The translations under genes were made by a program, and so were the position numbers. The notes under the pieces were generated by a model, which ran no database searches, had not been told where the DNA came from, and worked only from the letters and a program-made list of their open reading frames with translations. Below, piece after piece: positions 1 through 12,853 of a stretch of DNA of 64,000 nt (its first letter is position 1; each line of letters starts with the position of its first letter). Source of the DNA: Anolis carolinensis (lineage: Eukaryota); NCBI RefSeq assembly GCF_035594765.1, contig NC_085841.1, positions 266,878,525-266,942,524 on the forward strand, written 5' to 3'.

Positions 1-672
1 TCCCTTTCAGATAAGAAAGGAGAAGAGAAGGTTCTGTATCTTGCCAAGGGGGAATAGAGATGAACCAGTGAGTTTTCAAATTGAGAAGAAATGGGAGATG
101 GAACAGAAAATATGGTCAAAATACCATCTCTGCCATGAACTGAACTGCCTGAACTGTCTGTGAGAAAACCTCGAAAGGAAGTAGGAACTGTGGAAGCTGT
201 TGGATACAGTCACAAAGATAGGAAAAACTGGAGGAAATCATCATGCACTGTGACTTCAGAGGAAACAGAACAAAATCAGGGGATAGCGTAAGAACCGAAA
301 ACTGGTTGAAATGCACAACAAAAGTATTGAAGTTAAGAGTGTCTCCAGCAGACAGATGTTTGGGGAAGAATGGTCAGAATATATGGCTCCCAGGACAGAG
401 CAGTAGGTCTTCAGAAGTAATACATCCTTTCACACACATGCCTTTCCAGAGTATCTGTGATAACAAAAAGCCAAGGAAAGCAAAGCACAGCTATACTCCC
501 TTCCCCAAAGCAACCAGGGGTATTCATAGTGCATAGGGAAAGGATTCCTACAGCAGCTAGACAAAAATTGATTAGGCCTGCTTGGACATACTATTATTGC
601 TATTGCTAAAGCGGCATCCATAACGTTGGTGCTGACTCAAACAAAGACCTGCTAAGATATCTACCCATAGAA

Positions 673-1259
673 CAGGAATGGGTAAACTTTTTTGCCTTGG
701 GGCCACATTGTGAGCCCAACCAAGAGGCCAAGCCAGGAGGAAGAGGGCCTGTGAGAGGGCGGGGCCAGGAGGGAGCAGGGCAGGGGGCAGGTCATCCTCA
801 GATTGTCCTCCTGGCCTAAGGATGGGGCTGCTTGCTCCATTCTTATGTGGGAAGGAAAACAAGACATGCCGCAACTGCTCCAATCCTCTTCCCCAATCTT
901 CTTCCCCGATCTTCAGGCTGTCCTCTCGGTATTATGGCGAGAGGAGGTGAGACAGCCAACAGCTGAGAATGCTCCGGAGTGCTCTCAGCAGCTACGCGCC
1001 TTCCTTGAGTTGTCCTCTCGGCATAAGGACAGGGTCTCTCGCACTGTCCTTATGCCGGGAGGAGGGAAAGACATGCTGTGGCTGAGAGCACTCCCGAGGG
1101 CTCTCATCTGCTGAGTGCCTCCCTCCCCTGTGCTTTCTGCATTAGGATGCAGTGGGTCACTGTGTCCTTATGCTGAGAGGACAGGGGAAATGAGGAGGGC
1201 CTCAGGTAAGAGCCCAGGGGGCCGCATCCAGCCCCTGGGCCTTACTTTGCCCATGCCTG
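673..1259. mobile_element. Non-autonomous hAT (Charlie-like) DNA transposon
   Basis: TIRs CAGGAATGGGTAAACT / rc CAGGCATGGGCAAAGT; perfect 8-bp TSD CCATAGAA at 665-672 and 1260-1267. Confidence 0.85.
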
Positions 1260-1510
1260 CCATAGAATCATGGAGTTGGAAAAGAGTATAAGGGGCAATC
1301 AAGTCCTACTCCCTGTCACATAGACATACACAATCCTAGAACTTTCAACAGATGATCATCTAGCCTTTTAAAAACTTCTAGAGGAGTTTTTCATATTCCA
1401 AGGCAGCACATTCCACTGGCAAATCACTTTTACTGGCAGGATTTCTTCCTAATCTGTAAGTGGAATCTCTTTTCCTGAAGTTCAAATCCATTGATTCTTG
1501 TCTTATGTTG
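1260..1510 (-). mobile_element. Degenerate CR1 LINE 3' end
   Basis: CATAGAATCATGGAGTTGGAA tail and similarity to the CR1 copy at 19912-20614 (GTGGAATCTCTTTTCCTG...CCATTG). Confidence 0.7.
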
Positions 1511-2384
1511 GAACAGCAGTATATGAAAGTTTGTTCATTTTCAATATTTTATTAGAAATATTAATCATTGACCATGAAACCCTTAGTTGAGTTCTTGCAT
1601 CAGAAGATGTAAAGCTGCCAGAGGCAAAAGTTCAGAATGTCTCTTCTTTCCCTTACTGCATAATTCACTTTCCATCTAAGGTATCCAGTTCCCCATGGAC
1701 CTTTAGTTCTGAATGGGAGGTACCAGAGGAAAATCCAGCTTTGTACCTATATCCAGACACACAACAATAGGAACATCATCTTTTGGGACCTCCGAAAGAT
1801 CCCAGAAGGTCTTTGAGACTGTCTATGTTGTTCTGCCTCTGGTTATAGGCCCATAGCCTGTAGCCAGATGTTTGTCCACTGCTTCCTGTCTTCTACCAGC
1901 TACTAAGTGGCCATGGAGGCAGAAAGAAGGTGAATTCTACAAGCGGGGTTGCGGGGGGTGGGGTGGGAGGCATATTGTATGAGTGAAGTTGTACATTTTC
2001 CCTCCACAATGATTAAAATAGTTCAAAATATGTCATTTATAGTATGCAAGCCAGTGTCATATTGGCATAAAGGAAGGCTGCAGAATATCTAAAATATTTT
2101 TGTTTCATCCAGCTGTCATAGTAATAAAGAACTTTGCATTGGTCTTCAAAAAAAGCACACATTTGTTATACTCAATAACTCTGACTTACTATTGATGTAA
2201 ATAAAGCCGTAGATGAGCTTTTATTTCTGGGAGAACTTGGTGAGCCAAGAAAAGAAAGAAATACCAAGGGAAGATAAGTGGTCTGCAACAGCACAGTCTT
2301 ACGGTGTGTAAGAGATGTGATTGCATATTACATAAAATGACATATGCACAGGGTTAGTGTGATCACCTGTGAAGTTGTGAAAAA

Positions 2385-2525
2385 TTGGTCTGAGTCCAGG
2401 CCAAACTAGAGCATCTGTGTAACATTAGTCATTCACTTAACCTCTCTGCACTTACATTGCCGATAGGCAAAAAACTGAGCTAATAATAACTCCAGGGGTA
2501 CCCTGAAGATGACTGCATTAAACAG
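2385..2525 (+). mobile_element. Old MIR/CORE-like SINE remnant
   Basis: CORE-like TCACTTAACCTCTCTG motif; otherwise highly decayed. Confidence 0.35.
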
Positions 2526-3368
2526 CAGTAGGTGCAAGGATTTCTCCATAAATGCTGCCAAAGCATCCTTGGCAATTACCAGCCACATGCATCTTTGAAA
2601 GCCATATAAGGTTCCCGTTAGCCTTCCTGAACAGTTTTGATATCAGCAGCTGTCCCACTTGTGGCTTTGAGAGTTACGTAAATATGTCAGTTGTTCAAAC
2701 AATTGCTTCATGAGCATGTGGCCTTTTACATTTCTTTGGTCTAAACTAAGGGGTATTGCCATGTGGCGAAATTGTGCTCACATTTCCTCTTCGTAATGGA
2801 GAGGCGCACCTCATCAGGTCAGGCTTTTCATAAGCACTTGTTATTGACCATGCAATAAGAATTTAATTTAAAATATCTAATAAGATAATGAATGCATAGT
2901 AGTGTGCTTTTTTACATATCTGTTAAAGAAACAACTGAACATTAAATTAAAATGCATTGTCTCTCTTTGTGCTGCATAAAGACTACACCTAATGTAAACA
3001 CAGAGAGTATACGAACCTTTAAATGCAAGGACTCCAGGGTACTTCCAGACCAATGGCTCCTATTGCTAATAAAACCATAACCCTTCCACTGTAAGCTGTA
3101 AGTGTTATTGCAGTTGACTTTTCTACACTATCAAGCAGTTTATCTGTGCGTGCATTCCATTGTGATCCCTACATACTAGTGACCTTAGCACTTTTGTCTT
3201 TTTAAAGGGAGTGGTTTTTGACATGGCTACTGAGATACTGGGGCAAATGAAAATGTCATGTACAACTTCTCATATGTTCACTCTACCCTTTGCAGTTAAA
3301 AATGTGTAGTGTGAAAAAGTCCAAGGCATCTTTGATCTCCCTAGAAACAAGGCTGGAGCCATGACTGA

Positions 3369-3517
3369 GGCTAGATCTACACTGCTCTATATTCCAGGAT
3401 CTGATTCCAGATTTTCTTTTTACCTCAGATTATCTGGCAGTGTAGATTCATATATTCCGGTTCAAATCAGATCATCTGGGATCAGATCCTGGGATATAGG
3501 CCAGTGTAGAAGAGGCC
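3369..3517. mobile_element. Palindromic PIF/Harbinger-like MITE
   Basis: Ends GGCTAGATCTACACTG...CAGTGTAGAAGAGGCC, internal self-complementarity, 3-bp TSD TGA; same family as 37808-37956. Confidence 0.75.
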
Positions 3518-3767
3518 TGAGAGATTCATTCCTTCACTGAGCCTTGAAACAACCCAATCTTTGATTATTTCTACAGGGTCCAGAGCTATTCAAACAGTTC
3601 AGAATAAAAATTCCTATTGTATGGCATGTTGGAGAAGGTATGTGAGAAGAAGGAATGACTGAAAGACCATTGGTTGAAGAGAATGGAAGATTTAAAATAA
3701 CAGCAAAAGAAAAAGAGTGGAAGGTAGAAATGACAAGAATCAGAAGAAAGGCATAGAAACTGCAGGG

Positions 3768-3902
3768 CATTGGTTTTCAACCTGTGGGTCCCCAGATGTT
3801 TTTGCCTTTAACTCCCAGAAATCCTAATAGCTGGTAAACTGGCTGGGATTTCTGGGAGTTCTGGGCCAAAATACCTGGGGACCCACAGATTGAGAACCAC
3901 TG
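3768..3902. mobile_element. ~135-bp hAT MITE with SPIN-like TIRs
   Basis: CA(T)TGGTT(T)TCAACCTGTGGGTC...GACCCACAGATTGAGAACCACTG; other copies at 12522 and 14989. Confidence 0.8.
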
Positions 3903-4184
3903 TCTTAGGGGGGTTTCTAATCCAGGTTAAACACTCATCATTTACCCCACACATTGTAAATTAATGATAATTTGAATATTTTAATACTGATGAAGCTACT
4001 GATGGCCAATTAGATCTGTTCTTATTGTTGGAGACAAATAAAGTCAATTCAAATAGAAAACAACATCCTACCATGTCCTCTGATCGGTCAGATGTGCTGT
4101 ACTGTCATAAATTTGTTTTTGCATAGCATTAATTTCTTCTTTGTGATTTGGTTATCATGTATTCCGCCTTTTTTCAGTTTCATC

Positions 4185-4389
4185 CAACCGGCCTTGGACT
4201 ATGATTTTTGGATGAAGTGATTTTAATATTGAATGTAATGTTTTTAAATTTTTATATATACTAATTTTAATTCAATTTTTCAGTCTACTGTTTGTATATG
4301 TTTTAAGGCATCTAATAGTTACCATATGTAGGCTGCCTTGAGTCCCCGGGGTAGAGAAAGGTGAGGTAGAAATGGGGTAAATAAATAAT
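4185..4389 (+). mobile_element. L2 LINE 3' UTR/tail
   Basis: TGTAGGCTGCCTTGAGTCCCC...GGTAAATAAATAA tail shared with other L2 tails in the window. Confidence 0.65.
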
Positions 4390-6036
4390 CTAAACATGTG
4401 GAACAGCCAGACATCAGAATGGCCTCCCTTTGTGGATAAATATGGCACCATAAATGTACTCCTGAACTGAATACATGGCGCCATGAGCTTCACAAATTTG
4501 GATCATTTTCTCTGCATTTATCAGTGATGTGTGTATGTTTTAAAACAGCCACTTCAAGCCATTGTTGTGATCACTGCAAACAACAGCATAATGGAAATGG
4601 AATAAGTAGAAAAATGCATGTAGATTTTAAGTCTCTAATCTTTGAAGCAGGATATATTTTGTTTTCAATTCAGCATATTCAGGGCTTGCATAGGTACTGG
4701 TCAAACTGTTTTCTGTTTTGTTTCCTTTGAAATGCTGGCTCATGGTTTTAACACTCTGGCCAGGATATAGTTGGCGAAGCTTCATTTGTGTTGTGTCAGA
4801 GTTGTCACGCTCCAGGGAAAGTGGAGATCCACAGGATGCAGACTCAAACCTGCCCACTTCCCCATTCCACAGATTTCTCTTCCATCAGCCCTACCTCCCC
4901 CATGTCCTGACAGCGTTCTCGGTCAGGCTCCAAATTCCATTCTGTCTCTCTGCTTCCTGCCCTTTCACCTGCAATCAGGATGATAAAATAACACTAACCC
5001 TAAGGCTCCTTATCAAAATAAAAAATATTGTTCTAGGTGTTGTTGATTTGTTTTTGAACTTGCTGTCTTCTGTCAATAAGCCAAGCATTTCAGACTGTCC
5101 TTGCAAAGGTCTGGTTTTGAAATGTTAAGGCTAAGAAGCTGTTTTCATTTTTCACAAACAGAAAGGAGGGTCTTGAGCTGAATAACAAGGGTATTTTCAA
5201 AGACCAATCTGAGTTAGACTGAAAATGTTAGTTTATAAGAACAAATGCTTGGTATGAAATGTGTGTAACAAATCAAGAATCAAACCAGATTTGATTACTT
5301 TGTCATGCATTAATCTGTTTACAAATTTTCAGGAAATGGAGTTGATAAGAAGGAAGTGTTTAACCCTTCCTGTGTCTTATCTCCTCTCATTTTGTTACTT
5401 CAACCATTTATATTTGTGGCTCACCACAAGTATGTGAGTTAGGAACAGAGAAAATAAATTCTGAAACAATAGACTAAGGAAAGGGATTATGAGATTTAGG
5501 ACTCCTTTCAAAGTGGGGCTCTTTCTTTATTTCTTTCTTCAAAATCCCAGCCTTCCTAGAAGGAGCAGAAAATAACCTACAAATACAACCTTCTTTGGAG
5601 ATTGCATTGTTGTCAACCTCCAAAGAAGGTAGGAATTTGCACCTAGTGAATTGCTCCATTGTGAATTGTTTCTGATCCATATGAATTCTCAAAACCTAAC
5701 AACATGAATTCATTCATTCAGTTTCACACAAACTCCCGTGTTCTTGCTGCTCCCTATTACAACAGTTTCACTTTAATTCAGAGATAGAGCCCTGCTGGGA
5801 GTAGATCTATGTCATCTAATGGGATCTGATGGGCTCTGTTCCTGAACTGAGGTGAAACTGTTGTAGGACCGGCATTTTTGCTCATCTGATGAGGTCATAA
5901 GTAACTAGCTGGCATGCAGGATAGTTACTTGCTAGAAGATGGGAATAATTTCCCATTGGTTTAAGTTTTAGAAGGTTAGCGACCACTGAAGAAAATAAAA
6001 ATGAATAATTGTAATGAGATGTCTTCTTTGGTAATA

Positions 6037-6622
6037 CCATATTTACTCGGGTCTAAAGCACATCTTTTTTTTTTTATTAAATTACATTGCTAAAATTGAA
6101 GTGTGCATCAGACTCAATGGAACATCAGAATCACACATGTAAACCCACCTACATGAAAAGGCCTGGATGAACCCAGAACTGTGGAGGCAGCTGCAGGACT
6201 CTGTGGCATCTGGCAAAGGAAGAGGAGCACTCGACTAGTGACCCAGTTGTTCCTGCTGCTTAGTTGTAGATCCTGCCTTCTGGGTGGCCCCTGTGGTCTT
6301 TCACTTACTCTCCCTAGGCTCATTCCCATGCAGTTTCCAACTGGCCTCATTCATAAGGCCTTCAAAACTTACCCCTTAGTTTTGAAGGCATCGTGAATGA
6401 GGCCACATGGGAATTGTGTGAGGCTAGTGAGTTCGCCAGCCTCAGCCTGATGTACAGGCATAGCTTCCCAAATTGCCTCATTCATGTTACCTGTCCCCTG
6501 ACAGGATTTGCCAGGACTGTTGGGTGCACTACATTTGAGGGCTAATTCATTTTTTGTAATGTGCACCTTCAAAATTGAGGTATGCATTACATTTGAAGCT
6601 CATTATACTCAAGTAAATATGG
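6037..6622. mobile_element. Non-autonomous Tc1/mariner (Tc2/pogo-like) element
   Basis: TIRs CCATATTTACTCGGGTCTAA / rc CCATATTTACTTGAGTATAA, TA on both sides (6035-6036, 6623-6624); internal hairpin ~6342-6404. Confidence 0.75.
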
Positions 6623-7019
6623 TAGATGTGCTTTAACATAAAGAAGTGCTTGAAGTTGGTGAATCTAAGCAGACTTGGCCCTGTGTGTTCCTTTATTTAT
6701 TTGATTTGATTTTTAAAATCCAATTTGAAGACCTATAAACTTCTAAAATGGGATACTGCCTCAAAATTGCACATATGGACCTTCAAACTCCTCAGAGAAA
6801 GATTGGAGCACAATACATATACAGGTGTCCCTCCACTTTCATAGGTTTGAATATTCACAGACTGCTGTATTTGCCAGTGCCTCTGATGCTACCCTACAAA
6901 GGACATTAAGTGAGGCATTCTCCATGCATTGTGGCAAATCTGCGAGGCCCTGGCATGGGCATGGGGAACCCATCGCCCCATGCTCCATATCACCCAACTT
7001 ACACCAGTCCCATCCCATG

Positions 7020-7504
7020 GGCTGGGCTGTGGTGCAGGCTGGTTAGTAGCCAGCTGCAATAAATCACTATGACCAAGAGGTCATGAGTTCAAGGCCAGCC
7101 CATGGCAGAGTGAGCACCCGACCATTAAAATAAAAAATAGCCCTGCTCATTGTTGACCTAAGCAACCTGAAAGATAGTTGCATCTATCAAGTAGGAAGTT
7201 TAGGTACCACTATGTGGGGAGGCTAATTTAACTAATTTACAACAAAATAAAAATCATCCAGCTGCCGTTTGGAATGAGGAAGTATCCATCAAGATATCAC
7301 AGTGGATAATGAAGCATCTTCTCCTCCTATGGCCGGAATCGAGCATACCCTCTGGAAGCTGGAGAAGTTTAAATTGCCTCTGTGTGTCTCTGTCTCTATG
7401 TTCATATGGCATTGAATGTTTGCCTTGTATGTGTACATTGTGATCTGCCCTAAGTCCCCTTTGGGGTGAGAAGGGCACAATATAAATACTGTAAATAAAT
7501 AAAT
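7020..7504 (+). mobile_element. tRNA-derived SINE with L2-type tail (Anolis SINE2-like)
   Basis: A-box-like TGGTGCAGGCTGG, B-box-like GAGTTCAAGGCC, 3' end GCCCTAAGTCCCCTTTGGGGTGAGAAGGG...TAAATAAATAAA. Confidence 0.8.
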
Positions 7505-8358
7505 GGTGGAAAGCATCTGCTATCTGTTTTCCCTCCCATTGTAGCAAAGGCAACATAGAAAACCTCCTGTGATGGCATATGCTGTTTGCTCTCCCCTTTC
7601 ACCATGCAGCCCAGCCAGAAGTAGATGTGAATGATGTAATGGCTCTGTGGCGAAACGGGAGAGCAAACAGAATACGACGAGTAAATTGCTTCATCTGATG
7701 AGGTGGTAGGAATGAAAAAATATATTATTTCCAGGCAATTGTAGGTTCTCCGGTGTGATTCTCCAGCCACCTTCTGGTGAAAGTGAACCACAGAATCATG
7801 ATGGAGGACCTACAATGCTAATTATTTTTCCCTAAAATAACATTTCTCTAGGCATTTATAGATCGTCCAATGTGATTTGTCAATGAACTTCTCTTTATTA
7901 TGTTTATTTATATCCATGATTTTCTGTGGTGAATCTTCACTCCTAACCCGTGTCTCCTTGAGTTTAATCACAGGTGACTTTATATGTGTCTATCAGGATG
8001 CTGAATAAATCTCTTAGCAGCAGCTTTTCTTCTTCCATCTCTGAAACAGATGAATTAATAAAAAAGAAAAGAAAAACCAAATAAATGAATGCTATCCTTT
8101 AAAGTTCTGTTTTAGTCAAATCAAATATCTGCTCATGCAGATGAATTAGAAATACAACACAATTCTACGCTACTCATTGGTTGAGAAACACATAAATTAG
8201 GTTTTAATTGGTGAAGGGTTTAACCCTTTTCCTCTAGTACAGAGGCAGATATGGATACGACAGCTTCAGCTGTAGGCTGGTTTGCAGTAGACCACCAACT
8301 GTTCCTTTCTCTGAATTGGTCAATGGTCCATATTCCCTACTTAGTTCATCTCCTTCCT

Positions 8359-8373
8359 CCACCAGGTGGCAGC
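8359..8373 (+). promoter_or_regulatory. Candidate CTCF site
   Basis: CCACCAGGTGGCAGC matches the CTCF core consensus; non-repeat context. Confidence 0.45.
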
Positions 8374-8737
8374 TTATGGTTTCCATATCAGTGCATCTAC
8401 TCTGAATGTTCATCCAAACTATAATGGGTTTAAGTAAGGTGCAGTACCCAGCCCCCACTTCTTGAATAAGTAAAATTTAGAATAGAAGCTGAGGTAGACT
8501 CACATCTCTAATGATATCGGAGCTACCAGTTACAGCTATATATGCCACAACTCTTGTCCTTCCAAAGACTTGTCTTATAGCTGAAGAAGGAAACAGTGGA
8601 AGAAGAACTTAGCAGTACTTTTGAAAGTATCTGACCTATTTTAGCATAAGTCCATGAAAGTTTGATTATTATTCTATGATTTCACCTTTCATGGGCTTAT
8701 GCTAAAATGTATAAATTAGTTTCAAAGATGTTGCTAA

Positions 8738-8906
8738 GGACCTCACCACACGAGAGCTTGGATCCACTTTAAATCCACTTTAGAGAGGGGGCATTAAACA
8801 GCTCAGCCAGACAAGTCCTGGGCCTCACCAAACTACAAGCCTGAGAATTCTGCAGGAGGCAGAAACCAGATTTAAAGTGGATTCATGCTCTAGTGTGATG
8901 AGGCAG
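8738..8906. mobile_element. Harbinger-like MITE
   Basis: TIRs GGACCTCACCACACGAGAGCTTGGATCCACTTTAAATC / GATTTAAAGTGGATTCATGCTCTAGTGTGATGAGG; relatives at ~14538-14660 and ~37620-37780. Confidence 0.65.
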
Positions 8907-8987
8907 TAGTCTCTCCTTCCCTCATGAAACAGAAAAATGCAGCTATCTCCTCAACAACCCAGGAATTGGTGCATCTGGGTAGGTTAT

Positions 8988-9910
8988 TGGTGCATCTGAG
9001 TATGGCAGGGCTGCATACTTTCACCCTACCTATTCAACTTGTACGCAGAACACATCATGCGACGTGCGGGGCTTGAGGAATCCAAGGCTGGAGTTAAAAT
9101 TGTAGGAAGAAACATTAACAACCTCAGATATGCAGATGATACCACTCTGATGGCTGAAAGTGAGGAGGAGCTGAGGAGCCTTATCACCAGGGTGAAAGAA
9201 GAAAGTGCAAAAGCTGGGCTGCAGTTAAACATCAAGAAAACTAAGATCATGGCAACCACACCTATTGATAACTGGCAAATAGAAGGAGAAAACCTGGAGG
9301 CAGTGACAGAATTTATATTTCTAGGCGCAAAGATCACTGCAGATGCAGACTGCAGCCAGGAAATCAGAAGACGTTTACTTCTTAGGAGGAGAGCAATGGC
9401 CAACCTTGATAAAATAGTGAAGAGTAGAGACATGACACGGGCAACGAAGGTCTGCATAGTGAAAGCAATGGTATTCCCCATAGTAACCAATGGATGCGAT
9501 AGCTGGACCATAAGGAAGGCTGAGCGAAGGAAGATAGATGCTTTTGAACTTTGGTGCTGGAGGAAAATCCTGAGAGTGCCTTGGACCGCATGAAGATCCA
9601 ACCAGTCCATCCTCCAGGAAATAATGCCCGGCTGCTCACTGGAGGGATGGATACTAGAGGCAAAGATGAAGTATTTTGGCCACATCATGAGAAGACAGGA
9701 AAGCTTGGAAAAGATCATGATGATGGGGAAAATGGAAGGTAAAAGGAAGAGAGGCCAACCAAGGGCAAGATGGATGGACGGTATCCTTGAAGTGACTGGC
9801 TTGACCTTGAAGGAACTGGGGGTGGTGACAGTCGACAGGGAGCTCTGGCATGGACTGGTCCATGAGGTTACAAAGAGTCGGAAACAACTATGTGATTGAG
9901 CAGCAGAGCA
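8988..9910 (+). mobile_element. 5'-truncated BovB (RTE clade) LINE, RT C-terminal part, inactive
   Basis: QGCILSPYLFNLYAEHIMR...NLRYADDTTL...KIDAFELWCWRKILRVPWTA, premature TGA at 9591; 11-bp TSD GGGTAGGTTAT at 8977-8987 and 9911-9921. Confidence 0.95.
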
Positions 9911-11311
9911 GGGTAGGTTATCTGCCTCCTTTGTGGCAGTGCATAATAGACCAATTTCTCTTCCTTTCCAGAAGGGTCGCATGCACCTCTGGCAACCTCC
10001 ATAGAAGGTTGTACATATCAGTGGCCTGTGTAGGAAAAGCATGAAATGGTGCATTGGAAGGAAGCAGAAGAAAAAAGAGTGGCATCAACAAGAGTGGTGT
10101 GTGCTTGCCAACAGTCTTACATCTGCAAACCACGTGATGCAAATATGTTTATGTGTTTGTGTATTCACATGCTCTCACACATGAATGATTAATTTCTTTT
10201 ATTCTGATACTGTTATGAGTTTTAACTCAGTTAACTTTAGAAGAAAAAGATAAAATGATGTAATGGCTTTCATGCGTATTTCTTAGCTTCAGGGTGATTC
10301 CAGATGGAAATCTTTTTATGCAGTCCATCTGCCAGTATGCCAGCTTCAAATGCAAATGGGAATATTGTTTGTATTCAGAATGATGTCATCTGATAAGGAG
10401 AATATCCTCTTTACTTCTTTTATGCTACGCTCTTTGTTGCCTATCCTTTCATGCCCCTCCTCTTTCCAGGTAACTGTGCATTTGATCTCTTGCCTCCGCT
10501 GGTGCAACAACTTGCATCAGTCTTTGTTCTCCACCATGGTATGAATATTGCTTCATTAAAGGGAAGAATCTGGATCAAAAATGAATAATGCAATTTGTAT
10601 GTATGCTGGTGAGAACATTGTATATAAAAAGCAGGAAAAAGAAGGCGACAGTGCAAGGTCATCTTACATAGCGGTCTTATCTGAAACTTATCTGTCATCG
10701 CTAGAAGGGGGAAAAAAAGATGGGGATTCAAAATACTCTTGCCTATTTATGACTTAACCTATGGAATATTTCCAGATTGAGCAAATGTGTGGGAAGGTTG
10801 CAGTATTCATTGATGTATATTCCAGTTTTTGATGGTTTTTTTTGTTTTTTTTTTTTTAAAAAAACTATGCAAACAGTTTCTATTGCCCAAAACTATTTTT
10901 TTCCTCAAGTCTGACACTACCTGCATAATTTTATTCTCACCCACAAGTGTTTTCCCCCAATTCCAAAACATGGTATTTATTTGATTTATGTCCTGCTTTT
11001 CCTTCTTTTTAAAACATCTTCACACTATTTCAAGCTTTAATTAGTTTGAAGTTAGAATCTAAATAAAAAAGGACAGACCTCAAACAATTTATTTATGTTA
11101 AAATGATTTCGTGTAATTTCAAATTGGGTTCTCATTTTCTCCTCTCTTTTTTTAACAAGAATGATTTTTCATTATACAGTAAATAAAAGTAAACTACAAC
11201 AGCTAGCATAATTTTATCTACAGTACTCAACCTAAACATTCTAAACAGATACCTATTAAAACTAATCTACAAGCCTGCTTTTCTTCCAGATGCAAATGAA
11301 AGTAGTGTATA

Positions 11312-11415
11312 TAGTTGATCCTCCATATCCATTGATTCTGATTCCACAGATTCAATCACCCATGGCTTTGGGGGGGAAATCCCAAAGGCAAGCTTTCATT
11401 TTACCATTTATATAA
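11312..11415. mobile_element. Tigger/MER2-like MITE fragment
   Basis: AGTTGATCCTCCATATCCATTGATTCTG...CACAGATTCAA end after TA; reverse-oriented relative at ~50785-50968. Confidence 0.55.
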
Positions 11416-12221
11416 ACAAATTTAAGGCATTAAAGCATACATCCAATTATAGAACTATACAATCCATAAATCATACAGTTGAAAGAAGTCCTATGGACCA
11501 ATGGGTCCAACCCACTGTTCACTGCATGATATGCAGCTAAAATATCCCTACAGGCTATTGTCTAGCATCTTTTTCAAGATGTTCAGAATTAAAACTGTTA
11601 AAAATTAAAAGTTGTATACAAAGCATTTAAAATACACACTACATTACAAGAAAATATTTTCCTGCTTTAAAAAGGACAGCTAAGAAGTAGCAAATCAGAC
11701 TTCCCTCTGGGTCAGCTACTGGAAAGGTTTTGAAACATATAGAATCAAAATCAAAAAGTTCCCTTCTTTGTTAAAAAATACTTTTAGTGTTATAGCAATC
11801 ATAGTGTTTCAGTGGAGCAATGAAGACACTTTTGCATTATAGTACTAAAATTGAAAGGGTTTTTTTTTCTTTACAAAATTCAGATTTAAGTTGTCCTTCA
11901 AATCACAAGTCTACCTATGGACCAGTTTTTAAATCCATTGAAAGAGTCCTAGTTACATTTTATAACTGCTAGAAATAGCTCCCAAAAGAATGAACAATTG
12001 GCAAACCCCAAGAAGCTATGTAAGAAGTCACACTTCTTTAGACAAATCTGGATTTGCCCACACTTGCACATACTAACTCACTTTTTATTTCTGCATGGTT
12101 CTTTGCCAGAATTTGGGGCAAATGTTTTACAGAAATATTTCATTCTTTAATAAGGAAGACCTGTATCACATTTGTTGCTGTGTATTACTGACAACCAATG
12201 GTGGCACTAAGGTGACCTAGA

Positions 12222-12370
12222 ACAGGGTTTTCTTGGCAATATTTATTTAGAAGAGATTTGTTATTAACTTCCTATGAGACTGAGAGAGTGTGACATGTCC
12301 AAAGTCACCCAGTGGATTTCAGGGCTGAGCAGGATTCAAAACGTGGTTTCCAGAATAGTAGTCCAACACT
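12222..12370 (-). mobile_element. tRNA/CORE-type SINE (Squam3/MIR-like)
   Basis: Reverse complement resembles the copy at 59355-59545 (CACTGGGTGAC...CAGTCTCA...CAAGAAAACCC). Confidence 0.6.
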
Positions 12371-12521
12371 TTCTTCAATTTTAATGAATAAAGTGTTGCA
12401 CTACAACCCAACATGATTTTGTGACATAAGCAAGATGTTGTCTATAGACCTCAAGGCTTCATTAAAAAAGAAAGAAAAATTCCACAAGCCATTCATCGTT
12501 TCCTAGTAGATACCGCTATAC

Positions 12522-12657
12522 CAGTGGTTTTCAACCTGGGGTCCCCAGATGTTTTTGGCCTTCAGCTCCTAGAAGTCCTAATAGCTGATAAACTGGCTGG
12601 GATTTTTGGGAATTGTAGGCCAAAGAATATCTGGATACCCCAGGTTGAGAACCACTG
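12522..12657. mobile_element. hAT MITE with SPIN-like TIRs
   Basis: CAGTGGTTTTCAACCTG...CAGGTTGAGAACCACTG; decayed 8-bp TSD CGCTATAC/CTCTGTAT. Confidence 0.85.
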
Positions 12658-12853
12658 CTCTGTATCCTTCATTGAGGCTTCTCTACACCTAGAACATTCA
12701 CGGACATGGATTGATGGGTCTGTTCATGAACTCCATAAAACATGCCTTTTTACCAAGCACTTCTGCCATATCCACACAATTGTTCTCTTCACTCACCCAT
12801 ATAGTAAAACCATAAGCTATGCTATAAGGTTGACCACTTGTTATTACCACTTA

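Noticed and set aside
1-640. Purine-rich stretch possibly a decayed L1/Tx1 ORF2 end
   Set aside because: Only faint motif resemblance; cannot be supported without a search
9026-10054. 342-aa minus-strand ORF, the longest in the window
   Set aside because: It is the antisense frame of the BovB RT and has no independent protein signature
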